Program-made: the position numbers and the translations under genes | Origin: an uncultured delta proteobacterium | GTDB taxonomy: Bacteria > Myxococcota_A > Polyangia > Palsa-1104 | Assembly: GCA_963785725.1 (NCBI GenBank) | Contig: CAWAWS010000026.1 | Location: forward strand, 32,001 to 96,000 | DNA: 64,000 nucleotides | Direction: 5' to 3' | The notes under the pieces: model-generated | What the model saw: only the letters and a program-made list of their open reading frames with translations | What the model was told of the DNA's origin: nothing | Database searches by the model: none | In this document: in pieces, positions 1 to 10,647 of the stretch | How the letters are laid out: each line of letters begins with the position of its first letter | Numbering within the stretch: the stretch's first letter is position 1

Positions 1-176
1 CCGGCGGGCGGGGACAGGTCGTTGCCCGCAGGCGCGGACAGATCGTTGCCCGCCGACTGGGCCATGTCGGCGCCGGCGTGCGCGCCGCCGTCGTCGTGGT
101 TGCTGCTGCCGCCGCAGCCGGTGATCGCGGCGGCGAGTGCCAAGGCGCCAAATTGAAGGATAGTGCTCTTACGCAT
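1..176 (-). CDS. Lipoprotein, N-terminal part only (runs off the window start)
   Basis: Reverse strand reads MRKSTILQFGALALAAAITG-C-GGSSNHDDGGAHAGADMAQSAGNDLSAPAGNDLSPP. Lipobox, GGAGG SD upstream, DMA/DLS low-complexity linker. Not in the ORF track. Confidence 0.75.
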   Translation of the reverse strand, partial: MRKSTILQFGALALAAAITGCGGSSNHDDGGAHAGADMAQSAGNDLSAPAGNDLSPPA

Positions 177-349
177 TACGCGAGCCTCCGTTGATGCGCC
201 CGCTCATATCAGCTCGCGCCCGGGTTTTTTCGGGCAAAACACGCTGTTTGCCGTTGAATAAGCGAATTCGCGAGGATGTCAGAAAGCTGCGGCGAGCATG
301 TTGAAGAGGCTCCGGAAAGTCGACACGCCATCGGTGAGATGTCTTTCGC

Positions 350-1696
350 GTGAACTGCTCTACGGCTCGATTTTCCGGAGTGCGCGCCGGGTCGCTGGCG
401 TGCTGTCTCGTGTTTGCGACGATCACGCCGGCCTGCAGCCGCGCCCCGACGGCGGAGTCGAAGGCGCGCGCGGCCAGCGCGACGCCGGCTCCCGCGCAGC
501 CGACCGCCGCGGCACCGTCCGGCGCCGCGTCCAAGCCGCTGCCACCGTCGCAAACGGCGTTCAACGCCGACACGTTCGAGAAGATTCCGAAGGTGCCGGC
601 GCTGACGGCGCTCGGTCGCGCGCTCTTCTTCGCGCCCGAGCTCTCCGCCTCGGGCAAGCTGTCGTGCGCCGGTTGCCACGATCCGAAGCGCGCGTTCGGT
701 CCGCCGCCCCTCTTGCCACTCGATCAGAAGGGCGACCGCGGACTGGCGAACTTCCGTGCCGTGCCGTCACTGCGTTATCTCCAGACGATTCCGCGTTTTC
801 AAGAGCACTATTTCGAGCCTGACGGCGAGGGCTCGGATCAAGGGCCGACGGGCGGTTTCACCTGGGATGGTCGCGTGCAGACGCAGCACGATCAGGCGCG
901 CCTGCCACTCTTCTCACCGCTCGAGATGGCCAACAGCAGCGAAGACGAGCTCGTCAAACGCTTGCGCGGCTCGCGCCTGGCCGCGCAGCTGCGTGAAACC
1001 TACGGCGACCACGTTCTCGACAGCACCGCGTCGGGCATCAAAGCGGTCTTGAAGGCGCTCGAAGTCTTCCAGGACAACCCAACCGAGTTCTTCCCATACG
1101 ACAGCAAATACGACGCGGTCTTGCGCAGGCAGGCGACGCTGACGCCGAAAGAGGCGCACGGCCTCGAGCTCTTCGATAGCCCGACGAAGGGCAATTGCGC
1201 GCACTGCCATCCGAGCGCGATCAAAGAGGGCGGCTTTCCCGCGTTCACCGACTACGGCTACGTCGCGTTGGGCGTGCCGCGCAATCGCGCCATCGCCGCC
1301 AACGACGATCCGGCGTTCTTCGATCTCGGCCTGTGCGGTCCGCTGCGCAAGGACCTGGCGCAGCACGCGGAATACTGCGGTTTCTTCCGCGCGCCGTCGC
1401 TGCGCAATGCCGCCATACGCAAACGCTTCTTCCACAACGGCGCGATCAAGAGCCTGCGCGACGCCGTGCGCTTCTACGTCGAGCGCGACACGCATCCCGA
1501 GCGCTGGTACGGCAAGGACGCGAGCGGCCACGTCGTCGCGTACGACGACCTGCCGGCGAACTATCGCGCGAACCTCGACCGCGAGCCGCCGTTCGGCGCG
1601 CAGGCCAAGCCGGCGCTGAGCGACGCCGAGATCGACGACGTCGTCGCCTTCTTGGGCACGCTCACCGACGGCTATCGAGCGCGTAAAATCAACTGA
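350..1696 (+). CDS. Di-heme cytochrome c peroxidase (CCP/MauG family), probably exported or a lipoprotein
   Basis: Two CxxCH motifs (CAGCH, CAHCH), LGRALFF..ELS.SGKLSC, FTWDGR, FRAPSLRN..FFHNG, EIDDVVAFLGTLTD. Start codon uncertain. Confidence 0.9.
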   Translation: MNCSTARFSGVRAGSLACCLVFATITPACSRAPTAESKARAASATPAPAQPTAAAPSGAASKPLPPSQTAFNADTFEKIPKVPALTALGRALFFAPELSASGKLSCAGCHDPKRAFGPPPLLPLDQKGDRGLANFRAVPSLRYLQTIPRFQEHYFEPDGEGSDQGPTGGFTWDGRVQTQHDQARLPLFSPLEMANSSEDELVKRLRGSRLAAQLRETYGDHVLDSTASGIKAVLKALEVFQDNPTEFFPYDSKYDAVLRRQATLTPKEAHGLELFDSPTKGNCAHCHPSAIKEGGFPAFTDYGYVALGVPRNRAIAANDDPAFFDLGLCGPLRKDLAQHAEYCGFFRAPSLRNAAIRKRFFHNGAIKSLRDAVRFYVERDTHPERWYGKDASGHVVAYDDLPANYRANLDREPPFGAQAKPALSDAEIDDVVAFLGTLTDGYRARKIN

Positions 1697-2385
1697 GGCG
1701 CCGACGCCGGCCTCCGCGCGGCGACCGCGCCGACACACGAACGGGACGCGCTCGGCTCGGTCGCTACCGGCGCGCGGTCGTCGCCGGCGAATCGATGAGC
1801 CGCCTGCAGCGTCGTCGCCAACAGCGCCAGCGTCGGCTCGTCGACCTTGCCGGTCAGAGGCGGCACCGGCAAGAGCTGCCGATACATCCACGCGCCGCTG
1901 ACGACGGCCAAGAGCAGCGCCGCGCGCGCCTCGGCGTGCCGTCCGCCCAGCCACTCCGCCAGCGGGCCATACAGACGACGCTGAAGTATTCGCTTCAGTG
2001 TCGCGCTCAACGTCGGATCGGTCGCCGCCAACAACATCGTCGCCAGCGCGTCGCCTTCGTGCGGCTGCTTGCTCATGAGCGACTCGGCGATATGACGGCC
2101 CAGCGTCGCGCGATCGCCGGCCAAGAACGGCTCCAGCTGCAGATCGCGCTCGAGCGCGGCGACGAATAAATCGCGCTTCGATCCGAAGTAACGCACGACC
2201 AGCGCCGGGTTGATGCCGGCCTCGGCGCCGATCTCGCGCATGCTCGACTGCGCGTAGCCGCGGCTGGCGAAGCAGCGGCAGGCGACGGCCAGGATTTCGC
2301 CGCGCGTGCGCTGACGATCGCGGCTCGGCCCGGTCGCTTCGCCGGCTCGGTTGCGGGCGGACGTTGCTTTTCGCTTGGCGGTCAC
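1672..2385 (-). CDS. TetR/AcrR family transcriptional regulator
   Basis: N-terminal HTH ILAVACRCFASRGYAQSSMREIGAEAGINPALVVRYFGSKRDLF. GTG start at 2385 preceded by AGGAG. Divergent from the SDR gene. Confidence 0.88.
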   Translation of the reverse strand: MTAKRKATSARNRAGEATGPSRDRQRTRGEILAVACRCFASRGYAQSSMREIGAEAGINPALVVRYFGSKRDLFVAALERDLQLEPFLAGDRATLGRHIAESLMSKQPHEGDALATMLLAATDPTLSATLKRILQRRLYGPLAEWLGGRHAEARAALLLAVVSGAWMYRQLLPVPPLTGKVDEPTLALLATTLQAAHRFAGDDRAPVATEPSASRSCVGAVAARRPASAPQLILRAR

Positions 2386-2401
2386 GCGGCTACGCTCCTG
2401 T

Positions 2402-2467
2402 AAGTAAACACCCGTTGACATGTTGCCTCGGGCGACTAATGCTTGGCAAGTAAACAGGCGTTGACTT
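2402..2467. promoter_or_regulatory. Two putative TetR operators
   Basis: AAGTAAACacccGTTGACAT (2402-2421) and AAGTAAACaggcGTTGACTT (2448-2467): a duplicated imperfect palindrome between the divergent tetR and SDR genes. The first copy contains TTGACA. Confidence 0.7.
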
Positions 2468-2497
2468 AGCGGCGCCGTGAACGAGGAGCGAGCAGCG

Positions 2498-3415
2498 ATG
2501 GACAAGAACTGGGGCGCCAATCAGATCCCGCGCATCGACGGCAAGCGCGTCATCGTCACCGGCGCCAACAGCGGCATCGGCTTTCATACGGCGCTCGAGC
2601 TCGGCCGCGCCGGCGCCGAAGTGACGGTCGCGACGCGCGATCGGGCGCGCGGCGCCGAGGCGTTGGTGCGCCTGCAGGCGGAGGCGCCGGCCGGGCGGTT
2701 CAGCGTCGAGGAGCTGGACTTGGCGTCGTTGTCGTCGGTGCGCGCGTTCGCGCAGCGCATGGTGGCGGCGGGGCGGCCGCTCGATATTCTCGTCAACAAC
2801 GCCGGCATCATGGCGCTGCCGACGCGCGAGCTGACCGGCGACGGCTTCGAGAAGCAGATGGGCACCAACCACTTGGGCCACTTCGCGTTGACCGGCCTCC
2901 TCTTGCCGCTGTTGCGCGCGGCGGCGGCGCCGCGGGTGGTCGTCGTGTCGTCGAGTGTCGCCAACTGGGCCAAGCTCGAGCTCGATAATCTGCAGAGCGA
3001 GAAGAAGTATTCGCCGATGGGCACGTACGGGCAGACCAAGCTCGCCAACCTCTTGTTCATGGTCGAGCTGCAGCGGCGCGGCGCGGCCGCCGGCATCGTC
3101 ACCGCGGCGTCGCATCCGGGCGCGGCGTCGACGAATCTGCAGGTGCACAAGTTCAAGCACATGATCAAGCTCATCGGGCAGTCGGCGGCGATGGGCGCGC
3201 TGCCGTCGCTGTACGCGGCCGTCGGCGGCGACGTGCAGAGCGGGCAATACTTCGGGCCGCGCAAGCTGTTCGGCATGTTCGGGCCGCCGGCGCCGACCAA
3301 GCTGCCCAAGCGCGCGCTCGACGCCAAGCTCGCCGCCGAATTGTGGGCGCGCTCGGAGGCGCTGACCGGCGTCACCTTCGCCTTCGACGGCAAAGCCACC
3401 AGCCGCAGCGCTTAG
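2498..3415 (+). CDS. Short-chain dehydrogenase/reductase (retinol-DH/WWOX-like)
   Basis: TGANSGIG, NNAGIM, GTNHLGHF, YGQTK (YxxxK), HPG; GAGGAG SD. Confidence 0.92.
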   Translation: MDKNWGANQIPRIDGKRVIVTGANSGIGFHTALELGRAGAEVTVATRDRARGAEALVRLQAEAPAGRFSVEELDLASLSSVRAFAQRMVAAGRPLDILVNNAGIMALPTRELTGDGFEKQMGTNHLGHFALTGLLLPLLRAAAAPRVVVVSSSVANWAKLELDNLQSEKKYSPMGTYGQTKLANLLFMVELQRRGAAAGIVTAASHPGAASTNLQVHKFKHMIKLIGQSAAMGALPSLYAAVGGDVQSGQYFGPRKLFGMFGPPAPTKLPKRALDAKLAAELWARSEALTGVTFAFDGKATSRSA

Positions 3416-3521
3416 AAAACCGTCGCGAGCGGTCCAATCGCCGCGTTGTCGCTGCGATGCGGTGCTCACGGGCAGGAAGCCCGCTGCGCTCCGCCTTGCG
3501 CTTGAACCGCTCGCGACGGTT

Positions 3522-4418
3522 TTAGTCGAACTGCCAGTCGAGCTTGGCGGCGAGGTCGGCGAAGGCCTTGACCTTGGCCGACAGGTGCCGATTCGTCGTG
3601 TAGACGAGCTGGATCGGCAAGGGCGGCGGCTCGAACGGCTGCAGCACGATCTGCAGCGCGCCCGCGCGCACCAGCTCGGCGACTTGGTAGGCCAGCACCA
3701 TCGCCACGCCGCCGCCGCGCCGCGCGTGATCGATGGCCGCGTCGGCGCTGTTGGTGCGCAGCCGCGGCGTCACCGGCTGCACCAGCTCTTTGCCGTCGGC
3801 GATGAAGCGCCAGTCGTCGGCCGGCGTCAGCGTCGAGACCGCGATCAGCTGGTGCGCCGCCAGATCGGCCGGCACGCGCGGCCGCTTGTGCTGCTTCCAA
3901 TAGCGCGGCGCCGCGACGACGACGCGGCGAGTCTGCCCGAGCGGCCGCGCGTACAAGCTCGAGTCCGGCAGATGACCGATGCGCACGGCGACGTCCACGC
4001 CTTCGTCGACGAGGTTGATGACGCGATCGGCGAGCAGCAGCGTGCCCGCGACGGCCGGATAGCGCACGAGATAGGCCGACAACAGCGGCGCCACGTGCAA
4101 ACGGCCGAACAGGTTGGGCGCGGCGACGACGAAGCGGCCCGTCGGAATCGTGCGCTCGGCGTGCGCGACGTCTTCGGCTTCGTCGACGTCGGCCACGATG
4201 CGGCGGGCGCGCTCGAGGTAGCGCGCGCCGCCGTCGGTGAGCGTGACCGAGCGCGTCGTGCGCTGCAAGAGCTGCAGGCCGAGCCGCTCTTCGAGCGCCG
4301 CCACGAGCCGGGTCGCCGCCGACGGCGACAGCCGCAGCTTGCGCGCGGCCGGCGCGAACCCGCGCGCATCGGCGACGGCAATGAAGGCGCGCATCGCGTC
4401 CAATCGGTCCATGGCCAT
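3522..4418 (-). CDS. LysR family transcriptional regulator (CrgA-like)
   Basis: HTH FAPAARKLRLSPSAATRLVAALEERLGLQLLQRTTRSVTLT; DRVINLVDEGVDVAVRIG. Confidence 0.93.
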   Translation of the reverse strand: MAMDRLDAMRAFIAVADARGFAPAARKLRLSPSAATRLVAALEERLGLQLLQRTTRSVTLTDGGARYLERARRIVADVDEAEDVAHAERTIPTGRFVVAAPNLFGRLHVAPLLSAYLVRYPAVAGTLLLADRVINLVDEGVDVAVRIGHLPDSSLYARPLGQTRRVVVAAPRYWKQHKRPRVPADLAAHQLIAVSTLTPADDWRFIADGKELVQPVTPRLRTNSADAAIDHARRGGGVAMVLAYQVAELVRAGALQIVLQPFEPPPLPIQLVYTTNRHLSAKVKAFADLAAKLDWQFD

Positions 4419-4426
4419 GGCGTTTA

Positions 4427-4441
4427 TTGCAACATTCGCAA
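4427..4441. promoter_or_regulatory. Putative LysR recognition site
   Basis: TTGC-aacattc-GCAA palindrome with T-N11-A spacing, just upstream of the lysR start in the divergent intergenic region. Confidence 0.55.
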
Positions 4442-4576
4442 GAGTGAAGTGTCAATCGCCGGCATTGTGTCACCCACCGCCGAGGTCTACGTTCACGCGT
4501 GCTGACGAGCTTGGCGGGGCGATTTCGCGCGCTAAGTAGTCGTCTTCCGACCGCCACCAGCAAAGGACGAGGCGCC

Positions 4577-5041
4577 ATGAGCCGACCGCCGCTGCCGCCA
4601 TTCACCGCCGAAACCGCCGCGCAGAAGGCGCGCCTCGCCGAGGACGCGTGGAACAGCCGCGACCCCAAGCGCGTCGCCGGCGCCTACACCGCCGACAGTC
4701 GCTGGCGCAACCGCGCCGAGTTCCTGCAAGGCACCGCCGCCATCGAGGCCTTCTTGACGCGCAAGTGGCAGCGCGAGCTCGACTATCGCCTCATCAAGGA
4801 GGTGTGGGCGTTCACCGGCGCGCGCATCGCCGTTCGCTTCGCCTACGAATGGCGCGACGACAGCGGCCACTGGTTCCGCGCGCACGGCAACGAGCAGTGG
4901 GAGTTCGCCGCCGACGGGCTCATGCAGCGCCGCGAAGCGAGCATCAACGACGTGCCCATCGTCGAGTCGGCGCGGCTGTTTCATTGGCCGGCGGGCGCGC
5001 GGCCGCAAGATCATCCCGGCTTGAGCGAGCTCGGCTTATGA
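4577..5041 (+). CDS. DUF1348 / SnoaL-NTF2-like family protein
   Basis: [28 protein letters not shown]...WRNRAEF...[11 protein letters not shown]...GNEQWEF...REASIND. Confidence 0.88.
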   Translation: MSRPPLPPFTAETAAQKARLAEDAWNSRDPKRVAGAYTADSRWRNRAEFLQGTAAIEAFLTRKWQRELDYRLIKEVWAFTGARIAVRFAYEWRDDSGHWFRAHGNEQWEFAADGLMQRREASINDVPIVESARLFHWPAGARPQDHPGLSELGL

Positions 5042-5649
5042 GCCGCGCCATCGCCAGCGACGTGGCGTTCACGGACGCCGTCAAGGCCGTGCAGCAGCAG
5101 CGCGGCTCGCGCAACGCTTACGCGCGCATGGAGTCGGGCGAAGGTTGGCCGCGCACCGTCGACGACGAGCTGGCCGCGTTCCTGGCCGAGCAGACGAGCT
5201 TCTTCTTGGCGACGGCGAACGCGGCCGGGCAGCCGTACATTCAGCATCGCGGCGGCCCGCCCGGCTTTCTGCGCGTCCTCGACGAGCACACGCTCGGCCT
5301 GGCCGACTTTCGCGGCAACAAGCAGTACATCACCACCGGCAACCTGGCCGAGAACCCGAAGGTGCACCTCTTCTTCATCGATTACGCGCAGCAGCGGCGC
5401 ATCAAATTGTGGGGCGAGGCGCGCGTGGTGACCGACGATCCGGCGCTCGTGACGCGCTTGATGCCGGAGCATTACGCGGCCAAAGCGGAGCAGGCGATCG
5501 TCATCGACGTCGCGGCCTGGGACGTCAACTGCCCGCAGCATATTCCGCAGCTGTTCCCGGCCGCGGACGTGGAAGCGGCGTTGGCGCAGCGCGATCGCCA
5601 GATCGCCGCGCTGCAAGCGGAGCTGACGAAGCTGCGCGCCGCGCGTTAG
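5038..5649 (+). CDS. Pyridoxamine 5'-phosphate oxidase-related FMN-binding protein
   Basis: [54 protein letters not shown] overlap with the upstream gene. Confidence 0.88.
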   Translation: MSRAIASDVAFTDAVKAVQQQRGSRNAYARMESGEGWPRTVDDELAAFLAEQTSFFLATANAAGQPYIQHRGGPPGFLRVLDEHTLGLADFRGNKQYITTGNLAENPKVHLFFIDYAQQRRIKLWGEARVVTDDPALVTRLMPEHYAAKAEQAIVIDVAAWDVNCPQHIPQLFPAADVEAALAQRDRQIAALQAELTKLRAAR

Positions 5650-7263
5650 CTAACGGCGCTTCTTGCCGCCGCCGCCGCTCGTCGCCTGACGCTGCGCCAG
5701 GTATTCCTCGTATGTGCCGCGGAAGTCGACGAGCTTGCCGTCATCGAACGCGAACAGGCGGTTGGCGAACGAGGCGATGAGGTCGCGGTCGTGCGTGACG
5801 ACGAACGCCGTGCCGTCGTACTTCTTCAGCCCTTCGCCGAGCGCCACGATCGACTCCAAGTCGAGGTGGTTGGTCGGCTCGTCGAGGATGAGCACGTTCT
5901 GCTTGGTCAGCATCAGCCGCGCGAACAACATCCGCACCGCCTCGCCGCCGGACAGCGCCTTGGTCGACTTCAGGCCCTCTTCGCCTTTGAACAGCATCTT
6001 GCCGAGGAGCCCGCGGATATCCTGCAAATAGGCGCGCGTATCGAACGAGTGCAGCCACTGATCGATCGTCGTGTCTTTCGGGATCGAGTCGCCGTGATCC
6101 TGCGGCAGATAGCCGAGCGACACCTCGTGACCCCATTCGATCGTGCCCGCGTCGGGCGGCAATTCGCCCATCAGCATGCGGCACAGCGTCGTCTTGCCGA
6201 CGCCGTTGCCGCCGACGATCGCCACCTTGTCGCCTTTGTTCACCAGCGTCGTGAAGTCGCGGCAGATCGTCACTTCCGGCCACTTCTTGCTCAGCGAATC
6301 GACGGTCAGCGTCTGCTTGCCCGACGGCTTGGCGACGAGGAACTGAATGAACGGCCGCTCGATGTTCGACCGCTTCAAGTCGGAGACCTGTAGCTTCTCG
6401 ATCTCTTTCTTACGGCTCTGCACCTGCGAGGCGCGCGTGCCGGCGCCGAAGCGGGCGACGAAGTCCTGCAGCTGCGCGATCTTCTTCCGCCGATCGGCGT
6501 TCTCCGACTCGACGCGGCCGCGCACCTGGCTCTTGGCCTCGACCATGTCGTCGTAGCCGCCGGTGTAGGTGATGATGGTGTTGTAGTCGATGTCGGCGAC
6601 GTGCGTGCAGATCGCGTTCAGGAAGTGGCGATCGTGCGAGATGGTGACCAGCACGCCTTCGTACTGGCAGAGGAAGCCTTCCAGCCAGCGGATCGAATCG
6701 AGGTCGAGGTTGTTCGTCGGCTCGTCGAGCAGCAGCACCTCGGGCTTGCCGAACAGCGCCTGCGCGAGCAGCACGCGCAGCCGCAGGCCGCCGGCGAGCT
6801 CGCGCATCGGCCGCTCCAAATTGGCCGCCGGAATGCCCAGGCCGGCCAAGAGCGCGCCGGCGTCGGACTCGGCCGAGTAGCCGTCCTCCTCGGCGATGAC
6901 GCCTTCGAGCTCGCCCAAGCGGTGACCTTGCTCGTCGGTGATCGTCGGCAGCGCCAGCAGCTCTTCCTTCTCGACCATCGCCGCCCACAGCTTCTTGCCG
7001 CCGCGCAACACGACGTCGAGGACGCGCGTGTCCTCGAACCCGAACTGCTCCTGCTTCAGGACCGACGTCTTCTCCGGTCGCGACACATAGCCGGTGTCGG
7101 GATCGAGGTCGCCGGCGAGGATCTTCATGAACGTCGACTTGCCGGCGCCGTTGGGACCGGTCAGGCCGTAGCGCTTGCCGACGGTGAAGTTGACGGTGAC
7201 GTCTTCGAAGAGCTTCTTCGAGCCGTAGGATTTGGTGACCGTGGTGACTTGTAGATTGGCCAT
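5650..7263 (-). CDS. ybiT: ABC-F family ATPase (YbiT-like)
   Basis: Two ABC domains (GPNGAGKST and GGNGVGKTT; LLDEPTNNLD and ILDEPTNHLD), no TM segments. The N-terminus resembles YbiT. Confidence 0.88.
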   Translation of the reverse strand: MANLQVTTVTKSYGSKKLFEDVTVNFTVGKRYGLTGPNGAGKSTFMKILAGDLDPDTGYVSRPEKTSVLKQEQFGFEDTRVLDVVLRGGKKLWAAMVEKEELLALPTITDEQGHRLGELEGVIAEEDGYSAESDAGALLAGLGIPAANLERPMRELAGGLRLRVLLAQALFGKPEVLLLDEPTNNLDLDSIRWLEGFLCQYEGVLVTISHDRHFLNAICTHVADIDYNTIITYTGGYDDMVEAKSQVRGRVESENADRRKKIAQLQDFVARFGAGTRASQVQSRKKEIEKLQVSDLKRSNIERPFIQFLVAKPSGKQTLTVDSLSKKWPEVTICRDFTTLVNKGDKVAIVGGNGVGKTTLCRMLMGELPPDAGTIEWGHEVSLGYLPQDHGDSIPKDTTIDQWLHSFDTRAYLQDIRGLLGKMLFKGEEGLKSTKALSGGEAVRMLFARLMLTKQNVLILDEPTNHLDLESIVALGEGLKKYDGTAFVVTHDRDLIASFANRLFAFDDGKLVDFRGTYEEYLAQRQATSGGGGKKRR

Positions 7264-7323
7264 GCCGCGCGCCTATATACGTCGTCGCGCGTCAGGAGGC
7301 CAGCGAAGACTGCGGAAAATCGG

Positions 7324-8490
7324 CTAGTTCGCGCGGCCGTGATAGACGACGGTGCCGCCGCCGGCGACGCTTCCGGCGGCGTAAATGTCGTTGCCCGCGA
7401 GCCAGATGGACGTGAGCGGATCGCTGCCGCCGATGCCGTCGGTCCACGTCTGGCCGCCGTCGCTGGTGTGCAAGAGGCCGCGGCCGTTGTGGTCGGCGAG
7501 CCAGAGATCGTTGGGGCCGACGGCGATGAAGCCATGGCTCGCCAGCGTCAGGCCGGCGCCGCTCGGCGTCACGTTGGTGAACGACGCGCCGCCGTCGCTC
7601 GAGCGCAGGATCTTGGCGGCGTCGCTGCTCGTGGCCAGGTACATGACGCCACCGTAAACCACGGCGCCGACATAGTAATCCTGCGGCGTCGGCTGCACGT
7701 TCCAGGTCGCGCCGTCGTCGGCCGAGTAGTAGACGACCGAGACCGCCGAGTTGCCGCCGGGCGCGACCGGGTCGTTGCCGCTCGGCGTCGCCGGCGGGAT
7801 GACGCCGGTGGCGACGACCTCGGCGCCGTGACCGCTGACGTTGGCGAAGATCCAGGTCGTGCTCGAGCCGGTGGCGACGCCGAAGGTGGCCGCGCCGTCG
7901 TGCGAGTGGCTCAAGTAGCCGGCCTGCGACGTGATCCACAAGTCGTTGCCGTTGCCGTAAATGTCGCTGACCGGGCCGTGCTGGTAGCTGTCGGCGAGGC
8001 GGCTCGCGCTGCCGCTGGCGGGGTCGAAGCGTTCGAGCCAGGCGCCGCCCGATCCGTCGGCTTCGCCGAGCACGAGCTGGCCGCCGCCGAAGCCGCCGAT
8101 GGCGTCGACCGCGACCGTCGCCGGCGTGGCCGCGCCGGAAACGGCGGTCCACACATCGTTGCCGCTCGAATGCGCGACGGGCGAGCCGAGCCAGACGTCG
8201 CCGGCGCTGCTGGCCCAGCCGATGGCGGGCGTCGCGCCGCCGGCGAGGGCGGTGCGCGTCCACGCGTACTGATAGGTGACCGGCGGGCCGGCGCCGTCGC
8301 TGCCGCCGCCATCGGCGGTCGTGCCGCCGTCGGCCGTGGTGCCGCCGTCGGCGCCGCCGTCGCTGCCGGAGACGTCACCGCTGCCGTTGCCGCCCGTTCC
8401 TGCGCTGACGCCGGTGGTGGACGTTCTATTCATGTTGCCGCCGCAGCCGGCGATGACGAAAGCGAAGACCAAGGTCGACCAAGTGCGCAT
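7324..8490 (-). CDS. Lipoprotein with BNR/Asp-box beta-propeller repeats
   Basis: Lipobox VIAG-C, Gly/Thr/Asp linker, Asp-boxes SHDGAATF, SADDGATW, SSDGGASF, TSDGGQTW. Confidence 0.8.
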   Translation of the reverse strand: MRTWSTLVFAFVIAGCGGNMNRTSTTGVSAGTGGNGSGDVSGSDGGADGGTTADGGTTADGGGSDGAGPPVTYQYAWTRTALAGGATPAIGWASSAGDVWLGSPVAHSSGNDVWTAVSGAATPATVAVDAIGGFGGGQLVLGEADGSGGAWLERFDPASGSASRLADSYQHGPVSDIYGNGNDLWITSQAGYLSHSHDGAATFGVATGSSTTWIFANVSGHGAEVVATGVIPPATPSGNDPVAPGGNSAVSVVYYSADDGATWNVQPTPQDYYVGAVVYGGVMYLATSSDAAKILRSSDGGASFTNVTPSGAGLTLASHGFIAVGPNDLWLADHNGRGLLHTSDGGQTWTDGIGGSDPLTSIWLAGNDIYAAGSVAGGGTVVYHGRAN

Positions 8491-8502
8491 GCAGCGAGCG
8501 AG

Positions 8503-8519
8503 TGCAAACGCGAAACCAA
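8503..8519 (-). promoter_or_regulatory. Putative sigma-54 promoter
   Basis: Minus strand TTGGtttcgcgtTTGCA: GG-N10-GC with a TTGCA -12 element, about 12 nt upstream of the lipoprotein ATG. Confidence 0.45.
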
Positions 8520-8627
8520 CGTACGGGATTGTGGGTACGCTGCGGCACTAGGCGATGCAGCGCCAAAGATTTCCGTATCCACCGAAAAACGGAAACCGGT
8601 TGCGCTTTTCGGCGTGAACGAACGGCT

Positions 8628-10578
8628 TCAGCGCATCGTGTGCAGCGCGTTGCGCACGAAGTCGGGATCGACGGTCGAGGCGGGGACGGCCGCCGTCCGC
8701 CCGCGTCGCGACGATGAATGCGGGAACCAGTCGCGCACGTCTAGGTCGAGGCCGAGCCCGTGCATATAGTTGTAGAGCGCCTTGCGCAGCCCTTCGCCGA
8801 GCCGATCGTGATCGCAGCCGGTCGGGTCTTCGAACTGCAGATCGTTGCGGGCGAAGCGGACTTCGGGCTGAGGCGTGAGGCGAATGCCGAACAGCTCCGG
8901 CTGTTGGCCGATCGGGCTGTGCGCCGTCGCCGCGAAGCGATGCCAGAACGCCGACTGCACGCAGCCTTCGGCGAACAGCTGGCGCACGCGCTCCAGCGCA
9001 TCGACCGTTTCCTGCGCCGTCTCCGTCGGAAAGCCGTACATGAGATAGGCGTGCACCATGATGCCGGCGTCGGTGAGCGCGCGCGTCACGCGGGCCACTT
9101 GCGCGACGGTGACGCCTTTTTTCATGCGCTCGAGCAGCCGATCGGACGCGACCTCGAGCCCGCCCGACAAGGCCACGCAGCCCGAGCGCGCCAACAGCTG
9201 CGCCAGCTTGGGCGTGAACGTCTTCTCGAAGCGAATGTTGCCCCACCACGTGCACACGACCTTGCGCGCGATGAGGCGCTCGGCCAGCGCCTTCAGCCCC
9301 GCCGGCGGCGCCGCCTCGTCGACGAAATGAAAGCCGGTCTGACCCGTCTCGGCGATGAGCGCCTCGATGCGATCGACCAGCAAGTCCGCCGACGCCAGAT
9401 CATAGCGCGCGATGTAATCGAGCGTGATGTCGCAGAACGTGCACTTCTTCCAGTAGCAGCCGTGCGCGATCGTGAGCTTGTTCCAGCGGCCGGCCGACCA
9501 CAGCCGGTGCATCGGGTTCAGGAGCTCGAGCAGCGACAGGTAGCGATCGAGCGGCAAGCCGTCGTAGGTCGGCGTGCCGGCGTCGCGCAGCGGGACGTCG
9601 TGCAGCGTCGGGTCGCTCTTGTGCACGACGCGGCCGTCTTGCCGCACCATCGTGCGCAACAGCGGCAGCTTGCGGTCGCGCAGGTGCGCCGAGCAGCGCG
9701 AGCAGCGGCCGCTCGCCGTCGTCGAGCGTCACGAAGTCGACGTAGTCGAAGACGCGCGGATCGGCGAGCGTGCGCAGCTCGGTGTTGACGTAGCCGCCGC
9801 CGAGCACGATGTGCACGCCCGGCCGCGCCCGGCGCAGCGCGCGCGCCATACGGAACGCGCCGTAGACGTTGCCGGGAAACGGCGCCGTCAGCCCGACGAC
9901 GTCGGGACGATGTACTGCCGACAATTCGCCGGCGATCTCGTCGAGCAGCGTGTCGACGAGCGTCGGCTTGCCTTCGAGCGCGGCATGCAAGGCGTCGAAG
10001 GTCGCGGCGCTGGCCGCCAGCCGCTCGCCGTAGCGCGACAGCTCGAAGCGCGGATCGATGCCGTCGCGGATGGCGTCGGCGACGTCGTCGACGTAGAGGC
10101 TGGCCAAGTGGCGCGCGCGATCGTCGAGGCCGAGCGAGCCGAAGGCCCACGCCAGCGGATCGCCGGCCGGGCCGTCATCGGCATCGGGCGGCGCGCCGTT
10201 GCCGAGGCTGGCGAAGCGCGGCCCTTCGGGCAAGAAGGTGCGCCCGACGATGCGCAAGGCGAGCCCGGGGTCGCGCCCTTGCAAGAAGCGCACGGCGGCG
10301 TCGACCGTGTCGACATAGGCGTCGCCGTTCGCCACGAAGCTGGCCACGGCGTCGCTCGGCGCCGCGCGCCCGCGTTTTTGGCGCGTCAGCTCGGCGAGCG
10401 CGCGCGACAGCCCGGCGCGACTGAAGATCCGCAGGAACAGCTCGAGCGCCGGATCGGCCTGTGCCACTTGCAGCTGCAGCTCGGCGGCGTGCAGACGCAG
10501 AAAGCCGGTCAAATACGCCGTCGCTGGATAGGGCGTATTGAGCTGCGTCATCGGTGGCGTGAGCAAAAGAACGCGCAA
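8628..10578 (-). CDS. B12-binding domain radical SAM protein (frameshift near 9670-9700)
   Basis: N-part MRVLLLTPPMTQLNTPYPATAYL...LGGGYVNTELR; C-part CYWKKCTFC (CxxxCxxC), FHFVDEAAPP, VHAYLMYGFP. The halves lie in different frames. Confidence 0.85.
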
Positions 10579-10647
10579 GCGCCACAGTCTAGATCAGCGG
10601 CGTCGCATCGGCACATGAAGGCGCTCGTTTGCGGTATGAATCGCGCG

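Noticed and set aside
9400..9700. Programmed frameshifting in the radical SAM gene and other split genes
   Set aside because: No slippery heptamers seen, and breaks are scattered across unrelated families, which fits sequencing indels better.
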